From the human T2T-CHM13v2.0 reference genome, Homo sapiens: a DNA stretch of 64,000 bases. The stretch lies in NCBI RefSeq assembly GCF_009914755.1, contig NC_060936.1; one strand, 5' to 3'. Under the pieces are notes generated by a model. That model made no database searches. It saw only the letters and a program-made list of their open reading frames with translations, and was not told the DNA's origin. Below, piece after piece: positions 47,084 to 62,640 of the stretch. Every line of letters starts with the position of its first letter. Within the stretch, counting starts at the first letter, position 1. Made by a program: the position numbers and the translations under genes.

Positions 47084-48793
47084 CTGGAAGAAAAGTGAAT
47101 TGTTCATATTAAACATTATGGGTTTGCATCCCTGAGTTCTTCCCACTTCAGCGCAAAGTGAGACAGTTTCCTTAGAAGAGCTCAATTTCACTATTGTTTC
47201 AACTAAATACAATGTTGTGATATGAAACCAGATGGCCATATCTTTTATTAAGCCTATTAGTGTTTTTTTCTATTTCTAGTTAATATTATCTTATTGTAAG
47301 CAAAAGTGGCAACAGAAATACAGAGCTACACATTTTTCCTAATAACTGTGTTCTGATTACTGCTTTGGTTTTTGAGAGAAATAGACAAACATTGAGAATT
47401 TATCATTTTCTTTCTGAAAGTGACGTGCTTTTCATAATTGTAGGCTCACCACAAAAAGTTTACAGACTTCAAATAAAAGATTCTATTCACTTATCTCAGT
47501 TCAAGGCTGAAAAATACAGTCCTAGGGATTTATCTGTAGCTGATTTTATCTCTTTCTTGTTGGTAAAGGACAGCCTTAAAAAACCTCTAGGGCTTAAAAG
47601 TAAAATATTGTCGTGCAAAATAATCTCTTCAGCAGTGATGATTAAAAACAAAATGTGAGCAACTTCTTGTCCTTACAAGAAGCCAAATAGTATGAAAATC
47701 TCAAGCACAAAACATAGTAATTGAAAGTACTATAATCCATCATTCCGTGCACTCATCATCCAAAGTTTAAATTCTAGCTAATGCCCAAGCATAAAAGAGC
47801 TACTGTGCTAGTGATTTCCTGAAGATCTGCTGACTTTTGATTCATTGAATAAACATTTATTAAAGCCATTAGTGTCTGCCAGACATTGTGCTAGACATTC
47901 TGAACATTAAAGCTTTGATTAAATTGAAGTATAATTAACTCCAAACTAAATGCAGTTTTTCATGGCTTCAGTTCTTGAGGAAATTAAAGGCAAGAAAATA
48001 ACCATAATGTATTTTTAGAACAAGAATTTCCAGGATGACTGTAGTGTCATTAAAAAATCAGTACCATTTTCTGTCCCTGGGACCCACAAGGTTATATATG
48101 TAATAAGAATTGGTGCTTAGAAAAAGCTGTCCTGATACAGTCTTTAGTTATTAGCAATCTCAGGCTATTCCAATGACTTACAAAAAACATTATCTTAGAA
48201 TTACTCAAATTACCATGTCAGCGATAAGGGGTTTGCCCTCTAAGAATAGCCAATCTTTCCCCAGACACAAAAACTGGATGATAGAAAAACTGATCTCTGA
48301 TGCACATTTGGGAAATTAACTAGTCCCTAGCACCCAAACAATGTTCAAAAATATTACCTGCCTCCCCACCTCGCACCAACAGCCACAGCCCAGGCCTCCT
48401 GGATGATGTCACTGCCCAGGGTTGCTGAGGTTGCAGAAGCCCTTGAGACTGTCAGTGAAGCTCAAGCTCTCGTGCCCAGGAGGCTGTGCAGGGTTAGAGA
48501 CTCAGTGTCACACTCCAAGGTCAGGTGTAATTGACTCTGCCCATTATGTTTTTTCAGTTGAAAATATATTGCAACATGCCTCAAAATAGATTTAAAAAAG
48601 AACTTTTGGAGCATCGCCTGATTGCAATTTGACAACAAGCTGTTCTGTTACTAATTAATTTATACCCCACCTTGTTCCAAAAAGACTTAAGTCAGCCAAA
48701 AGAATGCAAAGAATTGGCTGCCTGTGTCTTTCTTACTACTATAGGAAAGTGAATGTATTAATATATTTAAAGCCTTTTTTAAAAAACTTAATA

Positions 48794-49095
48794 TTTTATT
48801 TTTTTATTTTTAACCTTTTTGAGTCTCATTTTGTCACCCAGACTGGAGTTCAATGGTGCAATCTCTGCTCACTGCAACCTCCGCCTCCCAGGTTCAAGCT
48901 ATACTCGTGCCTCGGCCTCCTGAGTAGCTGAGATCACAGGTGCACGCCACCACGTCTGGCTAATTTTTGTATTTTTGGTAGAGACAGGGTTTCACCATGT
49001 CGGCCAAGCTGGTCTCGAACTCTTGGGCTCAAGCAGTCCACCTGCCCAGGCCTCCCGAATGCTGAGATTACAGGCGTGAGCCACCACACCCTGCC
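48794..49095 (-). mobile_element. Alu (J/S)
   Basis: Reverse dimer. Confidence 0.92.
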
Positions 49096-50222
49096 AAAAG
49101 TTAGAATTTTTAAGAAAGCATTTTAGTTAATTTTTAAATCAGAATCCTCATTGTGCAGGTTATTAATAGATCTGTGGCTTTAAAGAAAATGTAGCTTCCA
49201 AAATAGAGATTTGAAATCTTTTTCCAGGAAATACTTTTCTTTGGTTAATTACAGAATTATCCTACCACCTCTTGGCCTTAACATATACCTGGACTGCCCT
49301 TTCTCTGTGGTCCAAATGGCTCCTTCCCCTGTGTGCCCCTGAATAGAGGTTGCTCACTCTCACCCAACCTATGTCTTAGGGTCTGAAGAGTGAGTCAACA
49401 AACTCACTGCTTCCTAGAAACTTCCAGAACTCCCTCCTCCTATAGAAACCAGGCTTCTTTGAGAGTCATGGGAATCTGCCACTCTTTCCTTTAATATTTC
49501 AGCCATAAGTTGACCTCCTGGTCTCTCCCCTACATTCACAGAAGATTCTGACTTTAGAACATTTTCTGTGTCATCTCAAGTCTCACCATCAGCTGGAGTG
49601 ACTTTAATAAATAGTTTCTACAATCCCTACTCTGACCACTTTTGTCCCTTTCTATCTTCACTTTCTTTCCCTTGTTCATCCTCTCAACAGTTTTCTTTCC
49701 AAAACCTTCAACTTCCTTGCCCCTTATTGCTTATTTCAGTCACCTAAAAATGTGCCCAGTATTGAATCAAAACACTTTACCATCTTTTCTTCTCTCCATT
49801 GCTACAGAGTGCTGCTGGAGAAATTTACACAACTCTATTCACACCAAGGCCACCTACCAAACCTACTTATCCTACATTAACACATTCTATTCTTTACATC
49901 AGCTATTTCAAACCTTCCACACTTTCTGCAAACCTTCTGCCCCACACTTATATCTCATTATAATGAGCATCTTAGTCTTGAATTTCTAGAAAGTACTTTG
50001 AGGATAAGATAATCGTACAGAAAATATAAATTCTCTAGGATGAATTGGCCTAGGAAATATAGAGTAATAATGTAAGACTGGAGATAGAGCTACAAGGAAA
50101 AAAAATGCTAATATATTAATTTCATCAAAATACTAACCTATCAAAATATTACTAGAACACAATTTACAGTTATTGTTTAACTTGAAAAAATAAAGCATAT
50201 TTATATACTATCTAAAAGGTAA

Positions 50223-50579
<357 letters not shown>

Positions 50580-50983
50580 TAACTCATGTCTATGACTACA
50601 TTTGAAGATGAATACAGAATATCATGATGCCTCAGTTGTAAAACAATCTCTTTAGAAAAATACCTACTTGCAGTATTTTCATGTTGATATAAAACTACTT
50701 AAAAGTCTTCTGTGTCTAGTAGAATAATGAGTAGATTTCTATAGCATATTTCAGCCATTACTTAATTTGAATCTCTAAATAATCCTACAGAATAGATTTA
50801 TTGGTCTTATTTTATATTAGAAATGTAGAACTCAGAATGGTTACTCTGCTCATCCAAAGTCATACAGGGAATAAATTATAGTCAGAACTTGATGGCAAGT
50901 CTTCTACATCCATAGCCTTTTCTTTCTACTACATTATGTTTTCATTTGCAAGAGAATAAGCCTCCCCTCAAAAAGCCATTGAA

Positions 50984-51287
50984 GGCCAGGTGCAGTGGCT
51001 CATGCCTATAATCCCAGCACTTTGAGAGGCTGAGGCAGGTGGATTGCTTGAGCTCAGGAGTTCAAGACCAGCCTGAGCCATATGGAGAAACCCCATCTGT
51101 ATAAAAAATACAAAAATTATCTGGACATGTTGCTGTGCACCTGTAGTCCCAGCTACTCAGGAGGTTGAGGTGGGAGGATTGCTTGGGGCCAGGAGATCAA
51201 GGGTGTGGTGAGCTGTGGTCGCACCACTGCACTCCAGCCCGGGTGACAGAGGGAAACCCTGTCTCAAAACCAAAAGAAAAATAAAGG
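50984..51287 (+). mobile_element. AluJ
   Basis: J-type diagnostics; TSD aaag(c/t)cattgaa. Confidence 0.93.
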
Positions 51288-51380
51288 AAAGTCATTGAAG
51301 AACATCCCTGAAACACAGTCACATACATATAATACATCCATACATGCATACACTCAGAAAGACAAACAGCCCTATCTTAT

Positions 51381-52200
51381 TGAAATGGGAGAGTTCCCCA
51401 GTTCCCCTCACAGGACATGTGCCAGGGTGTGGCTCATCTGCTTGGTCACCCCAAAGCTCAAACCGCTAGGGGGAGCATGCAGATGGGCAGGTGCAGAGGC
51501 CACCTGTGCACTTTTGGGCTCTGGCCCCACAGCAGCATCTAGGGGTAGGTGTCCGTGACTCCCAAAGCCCAAGTGGGCGTGTGTTACAAAGGTCTTTCAA
51601 ATTTGCCACCTGCAGATGGCTTGTGTGTTAATCAGCTCAATCGACCCTCTTCCTTATTGCAAGGGCAGAGGGCCCGTGTGAGAGCCTTCTGGACTCTAAG
51701 CTCTTGCCCAGTATCCTGGAAGAATCAGATCACACGTGGGCTCAAAGGATGAGTTCAAGGTTTTATCGAGTGGTAGAGGTGGCTCTCATTGAGATGGATG
51801 GAGAGCTAGAAGTGGGGGTGGAGTGGGAAGATGGTATTCCCCTGGAGTTGGGCTGCCCAGCGGCCGAATTCTTCTCTGACCACTCCCCGCCAAACTCCAC
51901 TCAGCTTCCAGACATCCCCCATCTTCCTTCTTTCTCTGCTGTGTGTCATTCCACCATCTCTGGTCTGCTGGTCTCGACATTCAGCCACTTGTGTGTGTGC
52001 CTGCTAAAATCTCAGGAATATATGGGCGCAGGATGGGGGCATGGTGGACCAGAGTCGTCTTGGAAAATGCAATACTCAGGTGTGAAAACAGGAGTGCTCA
52101 TTCTCACTTAGGTCCGCAGGCACATGCCCGAGGGTGAAGCCCTCGCCAGGGATCCCACCCTTCTCTACCCATCACTTCCCTAACGCCCCCCCCCATATCA
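51381..52200 (-). mobile_element. ERV1 solo LTR related to MER50 (LTR27/MER50B-like)
   Basis: TG...CA ends, 4-bp TSD ttat, and similarity to 45828-46620. Confidence 0.82.
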
Positions 52201-52929
52201 TTATAAGTAAAGAAAAGTGAAGCTACTGCTTCCATTCATACAGATTTCTTTTAAAAGCTCTAGTGATTCAGTGACTATTCCTGGTGGTGACAGGGTTTGC
52301 ACAGGCTGGAACATCCTGATGTAGAATACTTACAAGTAAAATCTCTTCACACCTAAGAAGGTGTAAAAGAATCATGTGGAATATTTTTCCAACCACACTC
52401 TGCCCCTCCTAGATATTCTGCTATGAGTCCTGATTAACGTGGTGACAACAAAGACAGATGTTCCCTGAAAGCCAGTGAGCTTCACTGAGTTCTGGTCTGG
52501 GCTGGCATTTTTGTAGCTGCAGTCACAGAAAAATAATCTCTAGAACAGAAGCAGTGCTAGGTCTGCTCTACCCTGCCCTAGTCAGACCATATCTATGGTG
52601 TGCGTTTCCTTCTAAGCACTGCACTATAATAGAGATGTGGCCAAATCAGAGCTCATGCAGCCAGGAGAGAGAGGTGGTGAACCACAGTGTGTAATGACAG
52701 TAGACAAAAACAGTATTTCTTTTCTTGAGGAAAAGCAGACCCAATCTTTTTTTTTTAAATATATGTATTTCAGCACTGCTTACTCCAAAAATGGAATTGA
52801 GGTGGAGTGAGGCATGCAAACTATCTTCAAATATTTAGAAGCCTTTCATGTGGAGGAGGAATTAATAACGAGGAGGACTGGTTTTTTGTTTTGTTTTGTT
52901 TTAGGACAAATTATGACACTGTGGTAAGG

Positions 52930-53617
<688 letters not shown>

Positions 53618-54279
53618 AAGAGATTTTTTTTTAAACATCTCAGCAGTTCCCACATAGAATGTGTTGCTTTGTAAGGGTAATTCAAACATTGGGTGGATGT
53701 TTTGACCAGATAAACATTAAGGTACCTGTCCTTCCTGAAACTTTATGATTCCACTAAGTGTGTGCCATTAGTTAAAGAAGAAAATAGATGATGAAAAACA
53801 GGAGTTCAAATAGTGTGAGCATTGCATATTCTTCTATAGGGAATAGCAAACCTATTTGCTGGTGAGTTACCAATGTCCTTATGTTAAAGCTACACTTGCT
53901 GTGACTTTCCTGAAATGAAAATATAAAAGTATAACAATTTTCAAGCAAAATAACAATATATAACAATTAAAAAGATCTACTCTAAGTCCAATAAGAGACA
54001 GGATTCTTTGGGTGTGCAGCATTCCTAAATGATTTGTTTTCAAAATTCTGTATCATCTTGGTATATTTATTTTTGTTCAGTGAAAGCCTTGGGAATTCAG
54101 AATAGTTTTTTTAAGTGCTTCAGACACCAATGAGTCAAGGAGAAAGGGTTGGGGTCAATGGTTGTGCACAGTGGCAGGACCAATGTGTGCTGTACAGCTT
54201 AATCAAATCACATTTCATTGTGATGTTTTCAGGATAAATTACTTTCCGTTAGTTTTTTTTTTTTAATAAATACATTTTT

Positions 54280-54443
<164 letters not shown>

Positions 54444-54713
54444 TGAGGAACTTACTTGTGTGAGTGTATGTATTTTTTTATTTGTGTTGTTTTATTTTCT
54501 AGGCAGGTATATATATAAGGCACATTTCAGACTACCTCTTCAGGTTTCAGCTATATGTCTATGCACTTCAATCAGTGCATAATTATTTCACTAAAAAGGT
54601 TGGTGGTATATGAAAACAAAAGGTGCTTGTACAGAATTAATCTCTGTTTTGAACACACTAGCTCAATAAGTAATCACTAATATGTGCTACCCACATGTTA
54701 TAAGAAAGATTGT

Positions 54714-56504
54714 TGATATGGTTTGGCTGTGTCCCATACAATTATGGGAATTGTAGCTCCCATAATTCCCAAGTGTTGTGAGAGGACCCAGTGGGAGATA
54801 ATTGAATCAGGGGGGTGGATTTCCCCCATAATATTCTCATGGTAGTGAATAAGTCTCACAAGATCTGATGGTTTTATAAGGGGAAACCCCTCTCACTTGG
54901 CTTATATGTCTTTATTAGCAGCATGAAAATAAACTAATACAGTAAACTGATACCAGTAGAGTGGGGCACTGCTGGAAAAATACACACAAATGTGGAAGCA
55001 ACTTTGGAACTGGGTAACAGGAAGAGGTTGGTACAGTTTGGAGGGTTTGGAAGAAGACAGAAAAATGTCAGAAAGTTTGGAACTTCCTAGAGACTTATTG
55101 AATGGCTTTGTCCAAAATGCTGATAGTGATATGGACAATAAAGCGCAGGCTGAGATAGACTCAGATGGAGATGAGGAACTTGACATTTGGGCTATCTTCA
55201 CGGCAGCCCCTCCCATCACAGGCCCAGAGGCTTAGGAGGAAAAATGGTCTTGTGGGCTGAGCCCAGGGTCCCCGTGCTGTGTGCAGCCTAGGGACTTGGT
55301 CCCCTGCCTCCCAGGCACTCCTGTGGCTGAAAGGGGTCAACATAGGGCTCAAGCCATGGCTTCAGAGAGTGCAAGCCCCAAGCCTTGGCAGCTTCCATAT
55401 GGTGTTGAGCCTGTGAGTGCACACAAGTCAAGAACTGGGATTTGGGAACCTCTGCCTAGATTTCAGAGGATGTATGGAAACGTCCAGATGCCCAGACAGA
55501 AGTTTGCTGCAGGTGCGGGGCCCTCGTGGAGAACTAGGGCAGTGGGGAAGGGAAATGTGGGGTTGGAGCCCTCACACAGAGTCCCTACTGGGGTGCCACC
55601 CAGTGGAACTGTGAGAATAGGGCCACCATCCTCCAGACCCTAGAATGGTAGATCCACCGACAGCTTGCACCATGCACCTGGAAAAGCCATAGATACTCAA
55701 TGCCAGCCTGTGAACACACCCTGGAGGGGAGCTGTACTCTGCAAAGCCACAGGAGTGGAGCTGCCCAAGACCATGGGAACCTACCTCTTGCATCAGCATG
55801 ACCTGGATGTGAGACATGGAGTCAAAGGAGATTATTTTGGAGCTTTAAGATTTGACTGCCCCACTAGATTTTGGACTTGCATGGGGCTGGTAGCCCCTTT
55901 GTTTTGGCCAATTTCTCCCATTTGGAACAGCTGTATTACCCAATGCCTGTATACCCATTGTATCTACGAAGTGAATAACTTGCTTTTGATTTTACAGGCT
56001 CATAGGTGAAAGGGACTTGCCTTGTCTCAGGTGAGACTTTGGATTGTGGACTTTTGAGTTAATGCTGAAATAAGTTAAGACTTTGGGGGACTGTTGGGAA
56101 GGCATGATTGGTTTTGAAATGTGAGAATATGAGATTTGGGAGGGGCCAGGGAATAATATGAGTTGGCTGTGTCCTCATCCAAATCTCATCTTGAATTGTA
56201 GTTCCCATAATTCCCATGTGTTGTGGGAGGGACCCAGTGGGAGATAATTTGAATCATAGGGGCAGTTTCCCCCATGCTGTTCTCATGACAGTGAGTAAGT
56301 CTCATGAAATCTGATGGTTTTATAAGGGGAAACCCCTCTTGCTTGGCTCTTATTCTCTCTTGCTGCCACCAAGTAAGAAGTGCCTTTCACTTCTGCCATT
56401 ATTGTGAGGCCTTCCCAGCCATGTGAAACTGTGAGTCCATTAAACCTATTTTTCTTCCCAGTCTTGGTTATGTCTTTATAGCAGTGTGAAAACGGATTAA
56501 CACA
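54714..56504 (+). mobile_element. THE1-type MaLR element: LTR (54714-54941), internal region, LTR (56154-56504)
   Basis: Two LTRs flank a MaLR-int region (MWKQLWNWVTGRGWYSLEG...). TSD attgt / actgt. Confidence 0.93.
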
Positions 56505-56672
56505 ACTGTGAAGAAGCAAACTGAAAAAGAATTTGCTTAGAAAGAATATAAGAATAATATATTCAGTGTATTTCTAAAAATGGTTATGATCCACTTAAAC
56601 TTTTGGAAAATGCTTACATTTTGAGTGATAAAGTTCATGTAAATTAAAAATAAAAATTATTGTTATATTTAC

Positions 56673-56799
56673 TATTTCCTCTTAGGAATGGCTCTAAAAT
56701 TGTAGCCCATGTTTTAATGCAGGTGAGATTAGGGTTATCTCTATAGTAGTGGCATAAAGAAAGAGCTGTGTCTTTTGGATTCCTAATGATGTAGAAAAT
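56673..56799 (-). pseudogene. SULT pseudogene exon (3'-phosphate-binding RNPKD exon), 127 bp, still open
   Basis: ctaacAG|ATT...AAT A|GTaaat. Reads IFYIIRNPKDTALSLCHYYRDNPNLTCIKTWATILEPFLRGN. 127 bp is the typical length of this SULT exon. Confidence 0.93.
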
Positions 56800-57091
56800 C
56801 TGTTAGATTCATTTATTCTTGGATGGAAATAACCCCAGTACAAAACATTTCTATAAGGAAGTAGCATTTAAATTCACCTGTGTAAGTCACAGTTGTTTTG
56901 GGCAGCTTCAGCTGATGATTAAACACAGTATTAGAAGGTGGATGTGATAGTAATATTTTCAATCATGCTCAACATTGCATGCTCTACTTGGTTTTTAATT
57001 GACAATCAGAACAGGCACATTTTACTTAGGTAAGAAAGCATTTGCTGAGTCACTTTTAATACATAACTCTCTTTCTGTGTCATGTTTATAT

Positions 57092-58156
57092 CATCACCTG
57101 ATGGGTTCTTTCTCCTTGCTGCACAGACAAAATCAATTGACTGAGACCATGGCATTGCAGTAGAGAAATAGTTTAATTGATGTGAGACCAGCCTCAAATC
57201 AATCTCAAAGGCTCAAAGGCTAGGAGTTTTCCAGGAAGTTTGGTGAGCAGGGGACTAGGGAATGGGGAATATTGATTGGTTACAGATGGAATCATAGGAG
57301 TGTGGAAAACAGTCCTTGTGCACTAAGTCCACCTCTGGGTGGGACCACGGGATCAGTTGAGTCATGAGTTAAGAGTCTGGGTGGGGTCAGCCTGAAAAAT
57401 ATCTCAAAAATCCAATCTTAGGTTCTATAATAGTGATGTTATTTATAGGAGTAATTGGGGAAGACACAAATCTTATGACATTTGGCCACATGACTCCTGA
57501 GCAGTAAGGGATTATAGAAACTATACCTACACCTTATCAGAATTTAGGACCCTCTCATAATCCTAACATTGTGGTGTGTATTAGTCCATTTTCATGCTGC
57601 TGATAAAGACATACCAGAGACTGGCCAATTTACAAAAGAAAGAGGTTTAATGGACTTACAGTTCCACACAGCTAGGGAGGCCTCACAATCATGGCAGAAG
57701 GCAAGGAGGAGCAAGTGACATCTTATGTGGATGGCAGCAGGCAAAGAGAGAGAGCTTGTGCAGGGAAACTCCCATTTTTAAAACCATTAGATCTCATGAG
57801 ACTTATTAAGTGTTACGAGAATAGCATGAGAAAGATCTGCCCCTGTGATTCAGTTACCTCCCACCAAGTTCCTCCCATGGCATGTAGGGATTGTGGAAGT
57901 TACAATTCAAGATGAGATTTGGGTGGGGACACAGCCAAACCATATCATGGTGTTACATTAGTTTTACAAAGGTGGTTTAGTTTTGGGAAGGGCTATTTTT
58001 ATCCTTGCTTTAAGGTTAAAGTATAAACTACATTTATGCCAAAGTCAACTTGGTCTACACCCAGAAATGACCAAAGACAGCTTAGAGGTTAGAAGCAACA
58101 TGGAGTCAACTGTGTCAGATTTGTCTTGCTGTAATAATTTTCTAAAGGTAGTTTCA
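57092..58156 (-). mobile_element. LTR8A-like solo LTR, interrupted by THE1
   Basis: Minus-strand start tgaaactacctttagaaaattat...gactccatgttgcttctaacctc. The left boundary is approximate. Confidence 0.8.
57577..57947 (-). mobile_element. THE1 solo LTR
   Basis: tgtattagtccattttc...gccaaaccatatca; TSD tggtg. Confidence 0.93.
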
Positions 58157-59857
58157 ATTACAGTCCAGGTATTGTGTGAGTCCACATGAATAGCACCTGC
58201 TTATTTTTAATTGAGAGATGTATAAAGGCCACTGTGTACAAGAATAAATAGTCACCGACCCCCTCACTCATCTCCAATACCACAATATCCTCTCTTTATC
58301 CCAGGAAGGAATTGTGGAGTAAGCCAACATGTCATGCTTTCTCTAACTGCTCTAGATTTTCTCAGCAGATTCACAGAAACCCAAGGCTCAGGGAGCACAA
58401 TTTAAAAAATCTACTTCTTAATAAAAAGGAATAAAACGGCAGAACTTTAAGCCTCATCCATTTAGTTGGACGTATTTGTTTTGACAAAGAAGAGAGATTT
58501 TAGGGCTTTTGGAGAACACCTAAAGTTACATGTCTATTATCTTCTGGGAAAGACAATGCAACCCATTAATGCCTATTTTGCCAAAGACTGTATTCTATGA
58601 AATCAGAAGAATTATTGGAGGAGGTTGGGGGACATACAGGGAAGGTGGAACAGGACTCTGGAAGTGACAGGGGATCAAATATTAAACAAAACATTATGAA
58701 ATGTGCTGGGAAGCATACTTTTCACATCAGAGAGTTTAGAAACATAAAAAAGGAAAAACAAGGATTAGGAAGAAAATATAGAAGGCAAAGTAGGGTTGAG
58801 AGCTGGGAGGGAAAGACTAGGGGAGGAAGCTCCTATTTGACAGGCCGTTTTAGGGCAAAAGAAGCTTGTCCAATTTGGGAGCTCTCAGGGACCAAGCCAT
58901 CAGTAACAGTGGGCAGGTTATCTTCTCAGGAGAGAGAACTGGAAGGTCTCAGTTCCCAGTATGGGACACACTGAAAGTACTGTATCTTAAGGCTGTACCT
59001 TCTTTCACTGTGATAGTTTAAAAGTACTCCAATCCTTCTGAGCTTCAGTTTCTTTACTCATAAAAGGAGAAATACATACACTTGTCATTGTTGTAATGTA
59101 TACAAAACACATAGCTTACTTTCTGGCAGTCATTTGTTTTCAATGTTATTGCATTACCCTAAGTGTTTCTTAGCTTACCGGACTTCTTTTCTCCTCAAAT
59201 CTCTCTCTCTTCTCTGTCTCTCTCTCTCCTTCCTTCCCACCCATCTGAGAAATCATCTGCTGAAACGAAAATGATTTATTCAATGAAACTGTAATCCAGT
59301 TAATACATCTTCCCTGTTCTGACAGATTCACTGGGGACAAAGGCAAACTCTCTGACATTTCGCCTCTGGTTGATTGTGTTTATTTTCTTTGGGGCACAAG
59401 AGTAGATGGTGTGGGCAGAGGCACTGTGGTCACAGAGTTACAATCAGTTACATATATGACTGGTAGATTGTTTCTGTTTTTATGTTTAGAACATGGCTGA
59501 CATCGTTTGAAGAGGCTTTATTACTGGGAATTTGCAATGTATCCTGATTTTGCTTTTCAAATATTCTTTTTTTCCTCATCAAAATAGAATTTTAAAATAT
59601 TCCTCATACATATATCTCTAAAGAAAATAAAATTCAACGCTAATGCCATACTGTAGAAAATCACTTGGCACATTGATATATTTATATCTACTCTTTTTTT
59701 ATGCATGTATGTGTATATTTTAACTAAATTGAAATTATTTTATATATATGAATTTAAAAACATAGTTTCTACTTAACCTTAACCCATGTGCATTTCTCCA
59801 TGAAAACTTAAATTTGAATAAGAAAGTTTTGAAAATAGAAAGCATTCTTTTAAATTA

Positions 59858-60200
<343 letters not shown>

Positions 60201-60416
60201 ACGTTCATTTTTAAAATGGCTAGAGGTAACTATTCTTTGCATTTTTATTACAATTTATTTATTTATTTTCCTATATAATCCCATGCAAGGATGACAAATA
60301 AAATTATTAAAATTTAAATGGCATTTGCTCTGCCTTTCAAGCTGCATAACAGACCAAGCATCCAAGCCCGGTTTTGTCAGATCTACAAACCTCTGTCTTT
60401 ATCCCATAGAACTTAC

Positions 60417-60603
60417 CTTGCATTCCATTTGTTTAATATTCCTGGGTGGCATATGTCATAGCTCAAAGGCATTGGAATTATTCTTCTGTTAGAATACAAT
60501 TTTAGCTCTTCAAATTTAGAAATGTCTCCCAATTCAATAGGAGATGTTAGAGTAAGTCTAGTGTTGGGAATGTTCGCAATGACGTCTGCATCCCAGTGAA
60601 TGC
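60417..60603 (-). pseudogene. SULT pseudogene exon (PSB-loop second half to catalytic-His region), 187 bp
   Basis: Acceptor ttttatttttgcatgaAG|GC and donor AAG|GTAAGT. Reads GIHWDADVIANIPNTRLTLTSPIELGDISKFEELKLYSNRRIIPMPLSYDI-(frameshift)-PPRNIKQMECK. The length (187) does not fit phase 1 to phase 0, so there is a 1-nt shift. Confidence 0.82.
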
Positions 60604-62640
60604 CTTCATGCAAAAATAAAACATAATTTTCATGACATGTCACTCCTGACAAAATGGATGTAGAAAATTAGCATATTATAAAAGTGATTCATACATTAGT
60701 TTTGTTGTAAGTAGTTATTATTACCTCCTGAAACCCGTCAAAACCTGCGGAAACACTTGAGCTGCTAACTCATTTTATAGGTAGAATCACATTCTAAAGA
60801 GTGTGAAAAGGTATGGAAACCGCATGCTGTTTCCTCAGCTTGAAATACTCTTCTATGCTATGACTCATCCCTAGGCCCTTCATATCACAAGTTCACACAG
60901 ATCTTTCCATGTAGGTTTCCTACTGGTCCTGCAAGCTCAGGCATCTTCCTCTTGTATAAACTGTCTCCTGAGTCCCCACCCCTGGGCAGAGTTGCTCATG
61001 CCTCTTTGTCTTCCCACAGTGTACCCAGCTCCTCTCTCCACTGGAGCACACACCAGAGGATAGTTGCATAGCTCATGTCCTTGCCTATCTTCCCACTCTC
61101 CACTTGAAGATAGCCATTGTATCTTGATTTTGTTTGTGTGTAGATACATAGCAGTTGTGCTAAAAAGCATCTGAACAAAGAACGTATGCTATATTCAAAC
61201 ATCATTGACGTACAAGCCTGCTACCATGGAACCTGGAAGGAATTCAACTTTATATTTACATGAAGCAAATGGTGGATATGCTCCAGTGTGGTAGACAACA
61301 GTAAATTGGGGCAGGGAAATAGAAGTTTGCAGGAAGTAGGGCAGATGTCTTACTAATATGAAAGCAATGTTCTCAAAGACTTTAAATCAGGACTAGCCTT
61401 CATTTATCTCATTGTATTTTCAATGAGATACAATATTAACAAACTTACAGTTAAACAAATATTTAGAGTTTAAACAAGGTCCTCATTTGCATGTTATGTT
61501 TTAATATTAAGACTATTTTAAATTACGTTAATAAGTCTTAAGTATTTATAATTGTAATATTCATACAAATGTGACTAGTAGTGATAGCTGCATTATTCTA
61601 ACAAAACATATTGATTTATTTTGATGAGGGAGAGAGAATATACATGGCTTTGTGCTATTAATGAGGACCTCCTGGTACTTGATGCTTTAGATGGCAGAAG
61701 ATGTTAAATTATAGGCAGTGAAATTATACAGTGAAAACCTATATTGGTTGCTTTCATATGGCATAAGTTAGCCACCTTCTCTAGGAACATTTAAAGTATC
61801 ATAAGTTACCTTCTAAACTAACAGATCAATTTTAGGTAAGATATATTTATTCACAGAGCACACTAATACGTTTCAACTTTACCTTAAAGTATTTTAAGGG
61901 CAATCATTTAATATCCATTTGCAACAACATTTTCATATTTATCAACAAACATAGTTATACGGTTTACATTTATTCTCAAAAAGCATCTGGTAGATCTGGC
62001 CCAATGTGAGCCCTGCATCTTCCCTTAGATAGGTTCTCTTGGTCCTCAGATAAAGGAACTATAATGCACATCAACTCAAAGGGAGCTTGGCTCTTAGTTA
62101 CTCATGCCAGCAGTTACATGCCCATCCCCTATGCCTGCTCTTCTGGAAATAGCAAACAAGATATTACATAACTTGGTCATTTCTCTAAAACAAAAGTAAC
62201 ATAGAACTAATTTTGATTCTCTCTGAAATGATATTATTCAAAATAATTATTCTTTCCCTTCATGGGCATATACCTATATGAAAGAACAAACTTTGACAAT
62301 AAAAATATATATGGTTTGTATTCACCCAGAAGAAAAAAATTATTTATACATCAATTAATAAGTGTGAATTGAACAAACACTATTTAGTTATCATTATGAC
62401 TTGTACAAAGCATGATGAGAACTCTATAATGTTATAGCTATTATGCTTATTATATATTGTCTGTATGTCTTCATGAATAAAATAGAAACAAGAGTATAGT
62501 AAGCTTGAATTTTTCCAGCTGAATTTTCAACAAGGCACACTGTTTATCTCTCTAATATCAAGGTTGTAAATTAGAATCAGCAGTGGGAACATTTTTAAAA
62601 TCAATGTTTTATAAAAATTATTGTATTTCTTTGTATTGCA

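Noticed and set aside
47033-47239. 68-aa ORF MAIWFHITT...
   Set aside because: An out-of-frame overlay on the YGSWFDH exon and its upstream intron.
60413-60652. 79-aa ORF as a standalone gene, or a 229-bp exon using the AG near 60646
   Set aside because: Better explained as the SULT exon starting at 60603 in phase 1, with the frame running on into intron sequence.
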